64,000 nucleotides of DNA from Macrostomum lignano (lineage: Eukaryota), in contig NIVC01002631.1 of NCBI GenBank assembly GCA_002269645.1, forward strand, positions 90,412-154,411. The letters are read 5' to 3'. Below the pieces are notes generated by a model. It worked only from the letters and a program-made list of their open reading frames with translations. It had not been told where the DNA came from and did no database searches. Positions 47,500 to 57,800 of this stretch are shown here, in pieces. The translations under genes were made by a program, and so were the position numbers. Numbering within the stretch: the stretch's first letter is position 1; every line of letters starts with the position of its first letter.

Positions 47500-48436
47500 G
47501 TTTCTGTATAAGCTGTTTCAATTCCGGGGATACACTCTCTAGATACGAAATTCATGTTTTTGGTTAAAGTTTTCTAGGTTATATGCTGGCTGAAAATTAA
47601 GTTGCTGAATTTTTTTTATCTTTGTTGGTACTACACACGTACTTTATGATATCTCTGAAAGCAAAGCTGCAGAAAGGCAGACACTGGCTTGTGCCCTTAA
47701 GGCCAATAGACAGCAGTCTTACTGAGCCTCGAACGGTTTTAGCAGACTAATAAAATTTAACATCATGTACATGTGCTAGAGTGCATATATAAATCTATGC
47801 TTATATCCATTAGTTATACTACAAAGCATTGTTCCCCATTCGGTAAAGCCGAAATAAGCTGCGATAGATGACACCCACCTGAACTCCAGGTGATACTGTT
47901 GTACCCTTTTATAAAACTAAAAGTAGCAAGAGGCCAACAAGAGGTGTTGCTACCCACGCGCCTATTCGTACTGATAAGTTTGTCCACTGTTTTTTGTGGG
48001 CTGGTTGTCAAGGGTCTTCGGAAGAGTCACTGATATGTCTAAAAGGATACTAAAAGGATATGAATAGTCTCGAGAGTGATAAAGTATAGAATCCAAGTCT
48101 TTTTAAGTCTGGGTGAACACTGGATGACTATTACAAACGCTGCACCTTTATCTGGTCCAGGGCTGGCAGAGAATCTGATGTTTGTAAATGCTGCACAGCT
48201 TAAAGATGAAAACAGGGTAAAGGCAAGGATTTTTTAGAATACACACATAACTGTATATGGAGATGCAAACCTTCCAAGGTATTCTGGCGTCTGCAACGCT
48301 CTTACGCATAGAAATCCTTCACAGCGCATCTTGAGAAATAAGCAAACAACAACTCCATTTTATGATAATTCAACATGCTTATCGGAATTTAGTTTGAGTT
48401 ATTTATCGGACATCTCGCAGTACTAGTAGCACATTC

Positions 48437-48685
48437 TTACGGATTTCCAAACATTCCAACATAAGCAGTCTTATACAGAATAGGAATTTTGAATAGTCTG
48501 AAGCACCGTTTGGAACTGTTGCAGATCTCGTATGGGAAAAAGCAGTCAACGTCGGCTTCGCAGGGCTGATTCGTGTCGCCTTGAATGTCATCGACGAACT
48601 GCTCCTTAGTCGGGTCGCCGTAATCCAGCTCGAGGTAGTGACTGAACAGCGTGACTAAAGCTAGCGTTGCGATCAACAGGGCCAT
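48437..48685 (-). CDS. Possible small secreted or membrane Cys-rich peptide
   Basis: ATG ORF with a hydrophobic N-terminus MALLIATLALVTLFS and CEADVDC-x6-C-x5-C. A GTAAGA donor at its end hints at more exons. No recognisable homologue. Confidence 0.35.
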   Translation of the reverse strand: MALLIATLALVTLFSHYLELDYGDPTKEQFVDDIQGDTNQPCEADVDCFFPYEICNSSKRCFRLFKIPILYKTAYVGMFGNP

Positions 48686-48838
48686 TGACGGTCACAGCCG
48701 TACGATTAAAATGTCAATTAAATAGGGTCAAAATATAAGATCGAAAAGTTCAAGCTGATTGCTCCCTTCGCAAAGCAGTGGCAGTAGTCCAAGCAGTATG
48801 TCTGTGGCCAATCAAACACTTATTATCTGCTTCTAGGG

Positions 48839-49146
48839 CAGGAGTCAGCAAACTTTTTTTACCTCAAGGGCCAGATGGAAAACCTAGGGAATGACTTCCG
48901 GCCGGAGGAGGGGAGAGAGGAGAGGGGAGATGAGACGAGGAGAGGAGAGAGGAGATGATCGAGAAGAATATAGGAGAGAAGTGAGGAGAAAGAAAGAGAT
49001 TAAGAGTTATTACATGTAGAAGAGCGCTAAGAGATACAAACATTGAGCGGGCTGGATTGCTATTGTGAAGTTTCAAAGGACCCGAGGGCCGGATAGAGGC
49101 TTTGCGAGCCGCGTGTGGCCCGCGGGCCAGAGCTTTCCGCCCCCTG
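48839..49146. mobile_element. hAT (Charlie/Buster-like) MITE, 308 bp
   Basis: Ends CAGGAGTCAGCAAACT and ...CCGCCCCCTG; subterminal GGCCCGCGGGCC; exact 8-bp TSD TTCTAGGG (48831-38, 49147-54); internal GA-rich tract. Confidence 0.85.
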
Positions 49147-49937
49147 TTCTAGGGCGAGGTTTGAGTTTTGACTCTTTAAGAGGACTAAATTTTGTAAGTT
49201 TGCAAGCACCAACTCAATCCAATTAACAAACATAGACTTCGATGACTGGAAGAAACAATTAAATTTGTCGTTCCGGAGGGAGCAAAGAAGAAGTACCAAT
49301 GGATGGTGGAGGCTTCTTGAGCATGGAACAAGAAATCCGAGCCCAATGGCCTCAACATCTGACCAATTGGTTGATAATAAGAGGTTCGTACCAGAGTGGC
49401 GCTCGATACTGTGCTTCTACGAACTGGAGGGCTTTTTCAGTATGCTGCAGCATCTCTTCAATGACAAAAAGCCATGGAGCCTGTGGAAAGAATTGCTGAA
49501 AAACTACAGCAATTTATATGGCAGAAGTACCTGCCACAGAAACCGACGTCATGCATCCCAACTGTGACATGGCCTTTACGACAATGTCTATGTTCCACAC
49601 ACAAGCAACGACGCTTCTCTAATGGAAATTCTTTAGTAAGATAACCGTAAAGAATACTCGCTTCATCCAGTCTCCATCGCCACTCCCTACATGCGTTGGA
49701 GACATTATCGACATCGGATACTTAGCATTCCGTCCAATTAAAATAAGTTAATCTAACAATAAACAAAGGATATTCCAGAGAAAATTTTCCACATAAGCAA
49801 CAGGCTTTATACTAAATATATTTTTTCGTTCTCAAATGTAACCAAATGAGCAATAAAAGTTGGTGCAGCTAAATATTTCCCTAAGTATTTTTTTGTAATT
49901 ACACTGAGTCGCCAGGGACAAGAGGAAGCCTGGAAAA

Positions 49938-50534
49938 CTAACCACTGCTTCCGCTTCCATCTGAACCTGCACTTCCGCTTCCAGCTTCAGTTTCACACTT
50001 GACGCCACTATCACTCTCGATTTTGTTTCCTAGCTGCAGATCCAAGCAGCCGCTGAGCCGTCGTACCTCTTCGCCGCGTTCGCGCAGAATCTGTTCCACA
50101 TTTCGGCCGCCGACGTGATCGAACCAGTGCAGATTATCTGCAATCAGGTGCAAATTCTGACAGCCGTTACACCGAATAATCACCACTCCGCGATCGTAGG
50201 CTACTCGCGAGAAACTTCTCGCCTGCCGAGTGCTGCACACCTTGCAGGTGAACACGATGCCCATCTGACGCTTAGCATCCTGAACAATATCTGTCGAGTC
50301 AGCTAAGTTGGCGCTCTCAAATGCAGCTGGAAGACTGCCGCTGCCTTTGCCATCGGTGCACAGGTGGCGGAACCTAATCTGACTCCGCTTCAGCGATTCT
50401 GAGAGAACCAGACAGTCATGTCGGACGCGCTGCGACGGTTGCTTAGCAAGGGTAACTAAGGACCGACTGCAGGCAACAAGGCGCTGCTGCTTCTGCGCTG
50501 GGCAGAGGCGCAAAATTAACCGTACGGGCAGCAT
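49938..50534 (-). CDS. DNLZ: Mitochondrial DNL-type zinc-finger Hsp70 escort protein (Zim17/Tim15/Hep1)
   Basis: FTCKVCSTRQARSFSRVAYDRGVVIIRCNGCQNLHLIADNLHWF matches zf-DNL; Arg-rich presequence-like N-terminus; single exon. Confidence 0.95.
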   Translation of the reverse strand: MLPVRLILRLCPAQKQQRLVACSRSLVTLAKQPSQRVRHDCLVLSESLKRSQIRFRHLCTDGKGSGSLPAAFESANLADSTDIVQDAKRQMGIVFTCKVCSTRQARSFSRVAYDRGVVIIRCNGCQNLHLIADNLHWFDHVGGRNVEQILRERGEEVRRLSGCLDLQLGNKIESDSGVKCETEAGSGSAGSDGSGSSG

Positions 50535-50763
50535 CGGAATCAAGGTTCAGCTATTTGCTTTTAGAAGACAAGCTTTTTAAAGATATTTGATCACTTAATT
50601 ATAACAAAGGTGAATGAGTAATATGCAACTGTAAGACAAGTACGAGGTACACTTAAAATTGACACTTCAGATTTGTCCGATTTAGCCCATAGACAAATCC
50701 AAGCGATGAGCAATAAAAAACAGATTTAGGTCATATTTATGCAACATACGTAAACTATTACAA

Positions 50764-51232
50764 GCATTGAATTAAATCCAAGATATGTTAGCCAAATAAA
50801 TAGAGCTTGTCTATGGTAGCAAGGTTGGCACAGCAGCATTTAGTCTGGTCCAACAAGCATCAATTTGGTCCATTGGGGCTCTACAGTTTCACCTCTAGAT
50901 TTTCATTTAGACATGACTGACACAAGCAGTGAGAACGAAAGCAATGCTTCATTTGCAACTGCTGCGGAGGAGCAAGATCAGTCCCAGAATCGTGAACCAT
51001 ATGCTGGACTGTCAAACAAACGCCATGGGCTTGTGATCGAAGCGGAGTTTTGATCAAACTAAAATGCTCTTTGTTTCCTTTTGTTATAGTTGAGCAGATT
51101 GCATTTTTGACGTCATCTTGTGTTGGTACAGTGAAACAACCAAATTGATGCCTGTTAGACGAAATAAAACGCTGCGGTGCCAGCCTTGCTACCATAGACA
51201 AAAGCTCCATTACTTGGATAAAATTTCAATGC
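50764..51232. mobile_element. Non-autonomous element with long imperfect inverted repeats
   Basis: 50803-50837 (GAGCTTGTCTATGGTAGCAAGGTTGGCACAGCAGC) is nearly the reverse complement of 51171-51207; weaker IR similarity extends outward. TSD not identified. Confidence 0.5.
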
Positions 51233-51296
51233 GTGTGAGCCCAAATGGGCTGCAAAAAGCTATATTATCTTCTATTAATATGGGAATATGTATAAA

Positions 51297-51393
51297 ATAT
51301 TCTATGGGTTTGAGGTCGGTATGTGATTAAATCCCGAGAGATCGAAGGCTCTCGGGATTTAAGTGAAATACCGACCTCAAACCCATAGAATAT
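51297..51393. other. 97-nt near-perfect palindrome (hairpin)
   Basis: Perfect 26-bp outer stem (51297-51322 / 51368-51393) and perfect 14-bp inner stem (51327-51340 / 51349-51362), 8-nt loop, GTGA/GTGAA internal loop. Confidence 0.9.
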
Positions 51394-52025
51394 CTTATTT
51401 AAACTACTTTAATTTTGCGGGATGTATTCAGATAAATCCCGGAGCCATACTTGTATGTCTATGGTTGAAGCTGGTGATGGGGGTGTGGGGGCGAAGCCCC
51501 CACATTCTTACCATAGACAAAATTTCATTAAATCCCGCAAAACAAAATCTATGTCAATAACCTCCCTGAAAGTGAGCTTTAAAGTGGTTTAATGCGCCTT
51601 ATCTAATGGGACAAACTTTAACTCTTTAGATATCTGATACTGATAAGAAAACACAAAACTCCTTCAATAAAAGAAAAATTGCACTCTACAGAGAACTTGT
51701 CACCAACTAGTCATTATAGTTTAATTTTCCAAACAGTTTGTTTATATAGTGTTGATATATTTAGCTCGATAGCAAATTACAGTAGCACAGATATAGGAAC
51801 ATTTGTTGGGTCGTTCTTAACTGAATTGCGACTTTTACGAGTGGGAGTGAAAAACTGCCGTTCGAAACAACTCGTTCTTAATCAAATGGATTCTTAACGA
51901 CTGCGTAAATAGCATTGTGTATAGAGAGCTAGCAAGTAGGCTTTACATACAGTAACAAAATAATAGTTTAGTAGCTAAACACTAAGGCTAATTAAACTCG
52001 CCAGTCCATGGCTGTCAAACTTTAT

Positions 52026-52214
52026 TCAAGCCTGCACGACCTTCCTCGGCACCTCAGACGGTTTGCCGTCCTTCCACAGGAAGGCTTTCACAGTGCTGCC
52101 TTCCCGTTTCATGGCTTCGCGCTGCAGCTCCGGCTTAAGGCAGTGGCGCACCACCTTGGCGCACAGGGCCGAGTAGCGGATGTAGTTGATTCCCGCGTCT
52201 CTCCAGGCTGGCAT
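52026..52214 (-). CDS. ATP5F1E: Mitochondrial ATP synthase F1 epsilon subunit (62 aa)
   Basis: [29 protein letters not shown] matches the epsilon motif W.xAG.xY.RYS..CA..VR..LK. Confidence 0.93.
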   Translation of the reverse strand: MPAWRDAGINYIRYSALCAKVVRHCLKPELQREAMKREGSTVKAFLWKDGKPSEVPRKVVQA

Positions 52215-52294
52215 GGCTGCGGTCCGGATTCGGGCATGCATTCATGGAATTTTTGTGTAAGAGATCGAATACAAATCGGTATTTCCTTGCTTAC

Positions 52295-53055
52295 CTGCTT
52301 GTCTGTCTACCTGTCTGTCTGTCTGTCTACCTGCCTGTATGTCTGTCAACCTATCTGTCTACCTGTCTGTCTGTCTACCTGTCTGTCTGTCTGTCTGTCT
52401 ACCTGCCTGTATGTCTGTCTACCTATCTGTCTACCTGTCTGTCTGTCTACCTATCGGTCTACCTGTCTGTCTGTCTACCTACCTACCTGCCTGTACGTCT
52501 GTCTATCTGCCTGTCTACCTGCTTGCCTGTGTGTCTGTCTGTCTCTGTCTGTCTATCTGCCTGTCTGTCTCTGCCTGTCTGTCTGTCTACCTACCTGCCT
52601 GTCTGTCTGTCTACCTACCTGCCTGTACGTCTGTATCTACCTGTCTGTCTGTCTGTCTCTGCCTGCCTGCCTGTCTGTCTGTCTACCTACCTACCTACCT
52701 GTCTATCTGCCTGCATGTCTCTGCCTGTCTACCTGTCTTTGCCTGTCTGTCTACCTGCTTGCCTGTGTGTCTGTCTGTCTCTGTCTGTCATCTGCCTGTC
52801 TGTCTCTGCCTGTCTACCTGTCTGTCTGTCTACCTACCTGCCTGTATGTCTGTCTACCTACCTGCCTGTCTGTCTACCTACCTGCCTGTACGTCTGTATC
52901 TACCTGTCTGTCTGTCTGTCTCTGCCTGCCTGCATGTCTCTGCCTGTCTACCTGTCTTTGCCTGTCTACCTGTCTTTGCCTGTCTGTCTACCTGCTTGCC
53001 TGTGTGTCTGTCTGTCTCTGCCTGTCTGTCTCTCTGTCTGTCTGTCTGCCTGTCA
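52295..53055 (+). repeat. (TCTG/TCTA/CCTG)n compound microsatellite
   Basis: About 760 bp of CTGT-based tetramers. Confidence 0.95.
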
Positions 53056-53399
53056 GTTTCTGCTTTGCATATTTGTCTGCTGTCTGTGGCTCTCTGTTTT
53101 TAGGTCTGTCTTTATTCATAATCTGACATTTGTAAGTTGCACTACTAACAACAGAACTTAGAGAGTAGGCACTAATGAAAAAGGAGAAAATAGTATAAAA
53201 GAGCACTACAAACAAATTTTTTGGCACAAAAACAGACACCGTAGTAAAAGCACAGCGGTTTTTAACTGATATCAAATTGATAATTCAAACTGTTGTATTT
53301 TCATTTTCGATTTTACATATAACCAATTTGATAAACTGGCAAATGCAGGCCAAGGTTAAATTGTCAATTTATAGTAACGGGGCAACGTAAAGGAATAGG

Positions 53400-53463
<64 letters not shown>

Positions 53464-53470
53464 GGCAGGC

Positions 53471-53517
<47 letters not shown>

Positions 53518-53518
53518 C

Positions 53519-53601
<83 letters not shown>

Positions 53602-53604
53602 CTA

Positions 53605-53645
<41 letters not shown>

Positions 53646-53705
53646 CACAGACAGACAGTCAGACAGACAGACAGACAGGTAGATACAGACGTACAGGCAG
53701 GTAGG

Positions 53706-53741
<36 letters not shown>

Positions 53742-53745
53742 CGGC
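53400..53745 (+). repeat. (AGAC)n microsatellite, inverted relative to 52295-53055
   Basis: About 345 bp of ACAG tetramers. Confidence 0.95.
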
Positions 53746-54236
53746 GGTAGACCTGATAAATAGATACACCTGCTAGAATGTATACTAAGCTAAAATATAC
53801 AAAGCTGAGTTAAATTAAAACTAGAACAAAAACACGGCAAAAGTACAACCAAGACACAATTAATCCCTGTGCTGGGGAGACAGCAAGCAAGGCTGCACTC
53901 TTTGAAAAAAGCAACTAACAAATTGAAAGGAAAATAATCAAGAAAGAAAATCAGCAAAGCAGGTGAAATCAATATCGCTGAAACGCACTGGGGGGCATTC
54001 AATAAACATAAGCATCTATCCCTCTACCAGAGCAATCCAATAAAGACCACTGATACGATAGACAGTATACCCAGATGGGCCACTTCAGCATACCTTGGCT
54101 AGTAAAACAGGTAGAAGAGTCCTGGCTACTGAATGAACTGACAGTAGCCAGCTAATTGAAAAAAGTAAACAGAGGAAAATCACTGGGCTCAAGTTTTCTC
54201 TTCAGATTCTCTCTCGAATTTGGATGATGGTGTAGT

Positions 54237-54729
54237 GCAAACTACTGCAGAGACAACTTTAAGGGCCAGATGTAGGATCTGCGCATGACTGAGAGCCAGA
54301 GAGGAGAGGAGGGGAGAGAGGAAGGGAGAGGAGATGGGAGAGAAAGGGAGAGGAAAAAAAGGAGATGAGAGAGGGGAGAGGGGAGATGAGAGAGAGGGGG
54401 GAGATAAGAAAGGAGAGGAGAGAAGATGAGAGAGGAGAGGTGAGAGGAGAGAAAGAAAGGGAGAGAAAAGAAGGGGGATGAGAGAAGGGAGAGGGGAGTG
54501 GAGAAGAGAGGAGAGGGAGAGGACAGAGGGGGGAGAAAGGGAGATGAGAGAGGAGATAAGAGAGGGGAGAAGAGATGAGAGAGAGAGGGGGGAGATGAGA
54601 CAGGAGGAGAGTGGAGAAAAAGGAGAAAAAAGACACAAACCCTGAGCAGGCCGGATTGCTATTGCGAATTTTCAAAGGACCCGAGGGCCGGATAGAGAGG
54701 CTTAGCAGGCCAAAGTTTGCCGACCCCTG
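54237..54729. mobile_element. Second copy of the 48839 hAT MITE family, with an expanded GA tract and a damaged left end
   Basis: Shares AAGGGCCAGATG and GGATTGCTATTG.GAA.TTTCAAAGGACCCGAGGGCCGGATAGAG with 48839-49146. Intact right TIR AGTTTGCCGACCCCTG; left end reduced to GCAAACT; GTGTAG flanks both sides (partial TSD). Confidence 0.8.
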
Positions 54730-54862
54730 GTGTAGACAGACAGGTAGCGTAACGCCCACACTGGGCCCGTGGGCATGAGGTTTGATCTGAGAAAAGTTGA
54801 TTACTGGTTTCTGGATTCTCACTTTTTAATGTCACTGACTCTAATATTCTCTTAGAGATAAG

Positions 54863-57800
54863 TTATCGCCTGCCGCCGCCTCGATAGCCGCGACCGCCGC
54901 GACCGCCGCCGCCACCGCGGCCACCGCCGCCGCCTCGATATCCAGTCTGTTGATAATTCTGCTGGCCCTGATGCATCTGCGGCTGAAACTCGTATTGACT
55001 ACTTGGCTGGAAAGTGAACTGCTGCTGCTGATGGTAATGCTGGTCTGGCATGAATACAAATCCTTGCTGCTGTTGCTGCTGCTGCTGCCAGCCGCCGCCA
55101 CCGCCTCCCCAACCCCCGCCGCTGTCGCCGCCGCGACCTCCACCGCCTCTTCCGCGACCGCCTCCGCCGCCGCCGCGGCCGCCACCGCGATGGTCGCCGC
55201 CGCCGGCCTCGCGCTGTCTGAAAGCCGGCATCTCGGGCGGAGGCGGCTCCAGCTCCCAGGCTCGGCCGCCGCGGTCTGGCACTGTGCCCATGCGGATCTG
55301 CCAAGTGGGGGATGTGATTCAGAATTTGAGGATCTGGATTGAGTTGGGAATATATGAGGGTAATGCATATTTGGATAGTTAAGTAGATGGGAAAATCTGC
55401 ATTGCTGGGATATTAAGGAAGTTTCGGAGATTACGGCAGAGCTGGGATATTTTCGGGATTTATTGAGGATCAGAGCTGAACTGGGATATTTTCGGGATTT
55501 ATTGAGGATCAGAGCTGAACTGGGATATTTTCGGGATTTATTGAGGATCAGAGCTGAACTGAGATATTTTCAAGATTTATTGAGGATCAGAGCTGAACTG
55601 GGATATTTTCGGGCTTTATTGAGAATCAGAGCTGAACTGCGATATTTTCGGGATTTATTGAGGATCAGAGCTGAACTGGGATATTTTCGGGATTTATTGA
55701 GGATCAGAGCTGAGCTGGGATATTTTCGGGATTTATTGAGGATCAGAGCTGAGCTGGGATATTTTCGGGATTTATTGAGGATCAGAGCTGAACTGGGATA
55801 TTTTCGGGATTTATTGAGGATCAGAGCTGAACTGGGATATTTTCGGGATTTATTGAGGATCAGAGCTGAACTGGGATATTTTCGGGATTTATTGAGGATC
55901 AGAGCTGAACTGGGATATTTTCGGGATTTATTGAGGATCAGAGCTGAACTGGGATATTTTCAAGATTTATTGAGGATCAGAGCTGAACTGGGATATTTTC
56001 AAGATTTATTGAGGATCACAGCTGAACTGGGATATTTTCGGGATTTATTGAGGATCAGAGCTGAACTGGGATATTTTCGGGATTTATTGAGGATCAGAGC
56101 TGAACTGGGATATTTTCGGGATTTATTGAGGATCAGAGCTGAACTGAGATATTTTCAAGATTTATTGAGGATCAGAGCTGAACTGGGATATTTTCGGGAT
56201 TTATTGAGGATCAGAGCTGAACTGAGATATTTTCGGGATTTATTGAGAATCAGAGCTGAACTGGGATATTTTCGGGATTTATTGAGGATCAGAGCTGAAC
56301 TGGGATATTTTCAAGATTTATTGAGGATCAGAGCTGAACTGGGATATTTTCGGGATTTATTGAGGATCAGAGCTGAACTGGGATATTTTCGGGATTTATT
56401 GAGGATCAGAGCTGAACTGGGATATTTTTGGGATTTATTGAGGATCAGAGCTGAACTGGGATATTTTTGGGATTTATTGAGGATCAGAGCTGAACTGGGA
56501 TATTTTCGGGATTTATTGAGGATCAGAGCTGAACTGGGATATTTTCGGGATTTATTGAGGATCAGAGCTGAACTGGGATATTTTCAAGATTTATTGAGGA
56601 TCACAGCTAAAGTGGGATTTTTTAGATTTATTGAGAATCAGAGCTGAACTGGGATATTTTCGGGATTTATTGAGGATCAGAGCTGAACTGGGATATTTTC
56701 GGGATTTATTGAGGATCAGAGCTGAACTGGGATATTTTCGGGATTTATTGAGAATCAGAGCTGAACTGGGATATTTTCGGGATTTATTGAGGATCAGAGC
56801 TGAACTGGGATATTTTCGGGATTTATTGAGGATCAGAGCTGAACTGGGATATTTTCGGGATTTATTGAGAATCAGAGCTGAACTGGGATATTTTCAAGAT
56901 TTATTGAGGATCAGAGCTGAACTGAGATATTTTCAAGATTTATTGAGGATCAGAGCTGAACTGGGATATTTTCGGGATTTATTGAGGATCAGAGCTGAAC
57001 TGGGATATTTTCGGGATTTATTGAGGATCAGAGCTGAACTGAGATATTTTCGGGATTTATTGAGAATCAGAGCTGAACTGGGATATTTTCGGGATTTATT
57101 GAGGATCAGAGCTAAACTGGGATATTTTCGGGATTTATTGAGGATCAGAGCTAAACTGGGATATTTTCGGGATTTATTGAGGATCAGAGCTGAGCTGGGA
57201 TATTTTCGGGATTTATTGAGGATCAGAGCTAAACTGGGATATTTTCGGGATTTATTGAGGATCAGAGCTGAACTGGGATATTTTCGGGATTTATTGAGGA
57301 TCAGAGCTAAACTGGGATATTTTCGGGATTTATTGAGGATCAGAGCTAAACTGGGATATTTTCGGGATTTATTGAGGATCAGAGCTAAACTGGGATATTT
57401 TAGGGATTTATTGAGGATCACAGCTAAAGTGGGATTTTTTTAGATTTATTGAGGATCAGAACTCAGCTGGGATATTTTCGGGATTTATTGAGAAGCTGAG
57501 CTGGGATCCCCAGGCTTATGGGATATTTGTGGAATCAAGTTCCGCACCTTATTAACAGTAGACAGAGCTCGGAGCCGGGCCTCCCAGAGTCAATCTTGTC
57601 CAAATTCAGCAGCCAATCCCTGCTAGCCAGCAGTCTGGCCGTGGTAACCAGAGCGCCGGCGCCTGCGCCGTCCATAGCGGCTCGCAACGGCTGATAAACG
57701 GCGTCAACTTTTTTCCGCTCTTTGCGAACCCGATCGGACCAGAAAAAGCTGGATATTGTGGCGTCCAGCCGGTCCAATAGCAGCCTCCGTCTGGTGCCGT

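Noticed and set aside
49250-49720. Short ORFs (100 aa and 66 aa) between the MITE and DNLZ
   Set aside because: No recognisable domain, splice context or TE hallmark; possibly an old TE fragment but unsupported.
55463-57443. 394-aa and 270-aa LRIRAELGYFRDL ORFs
   Set aside because: Translations of the 39-bp FAM98 intron array, antisense to the host gene; no non-repetitive coding context.
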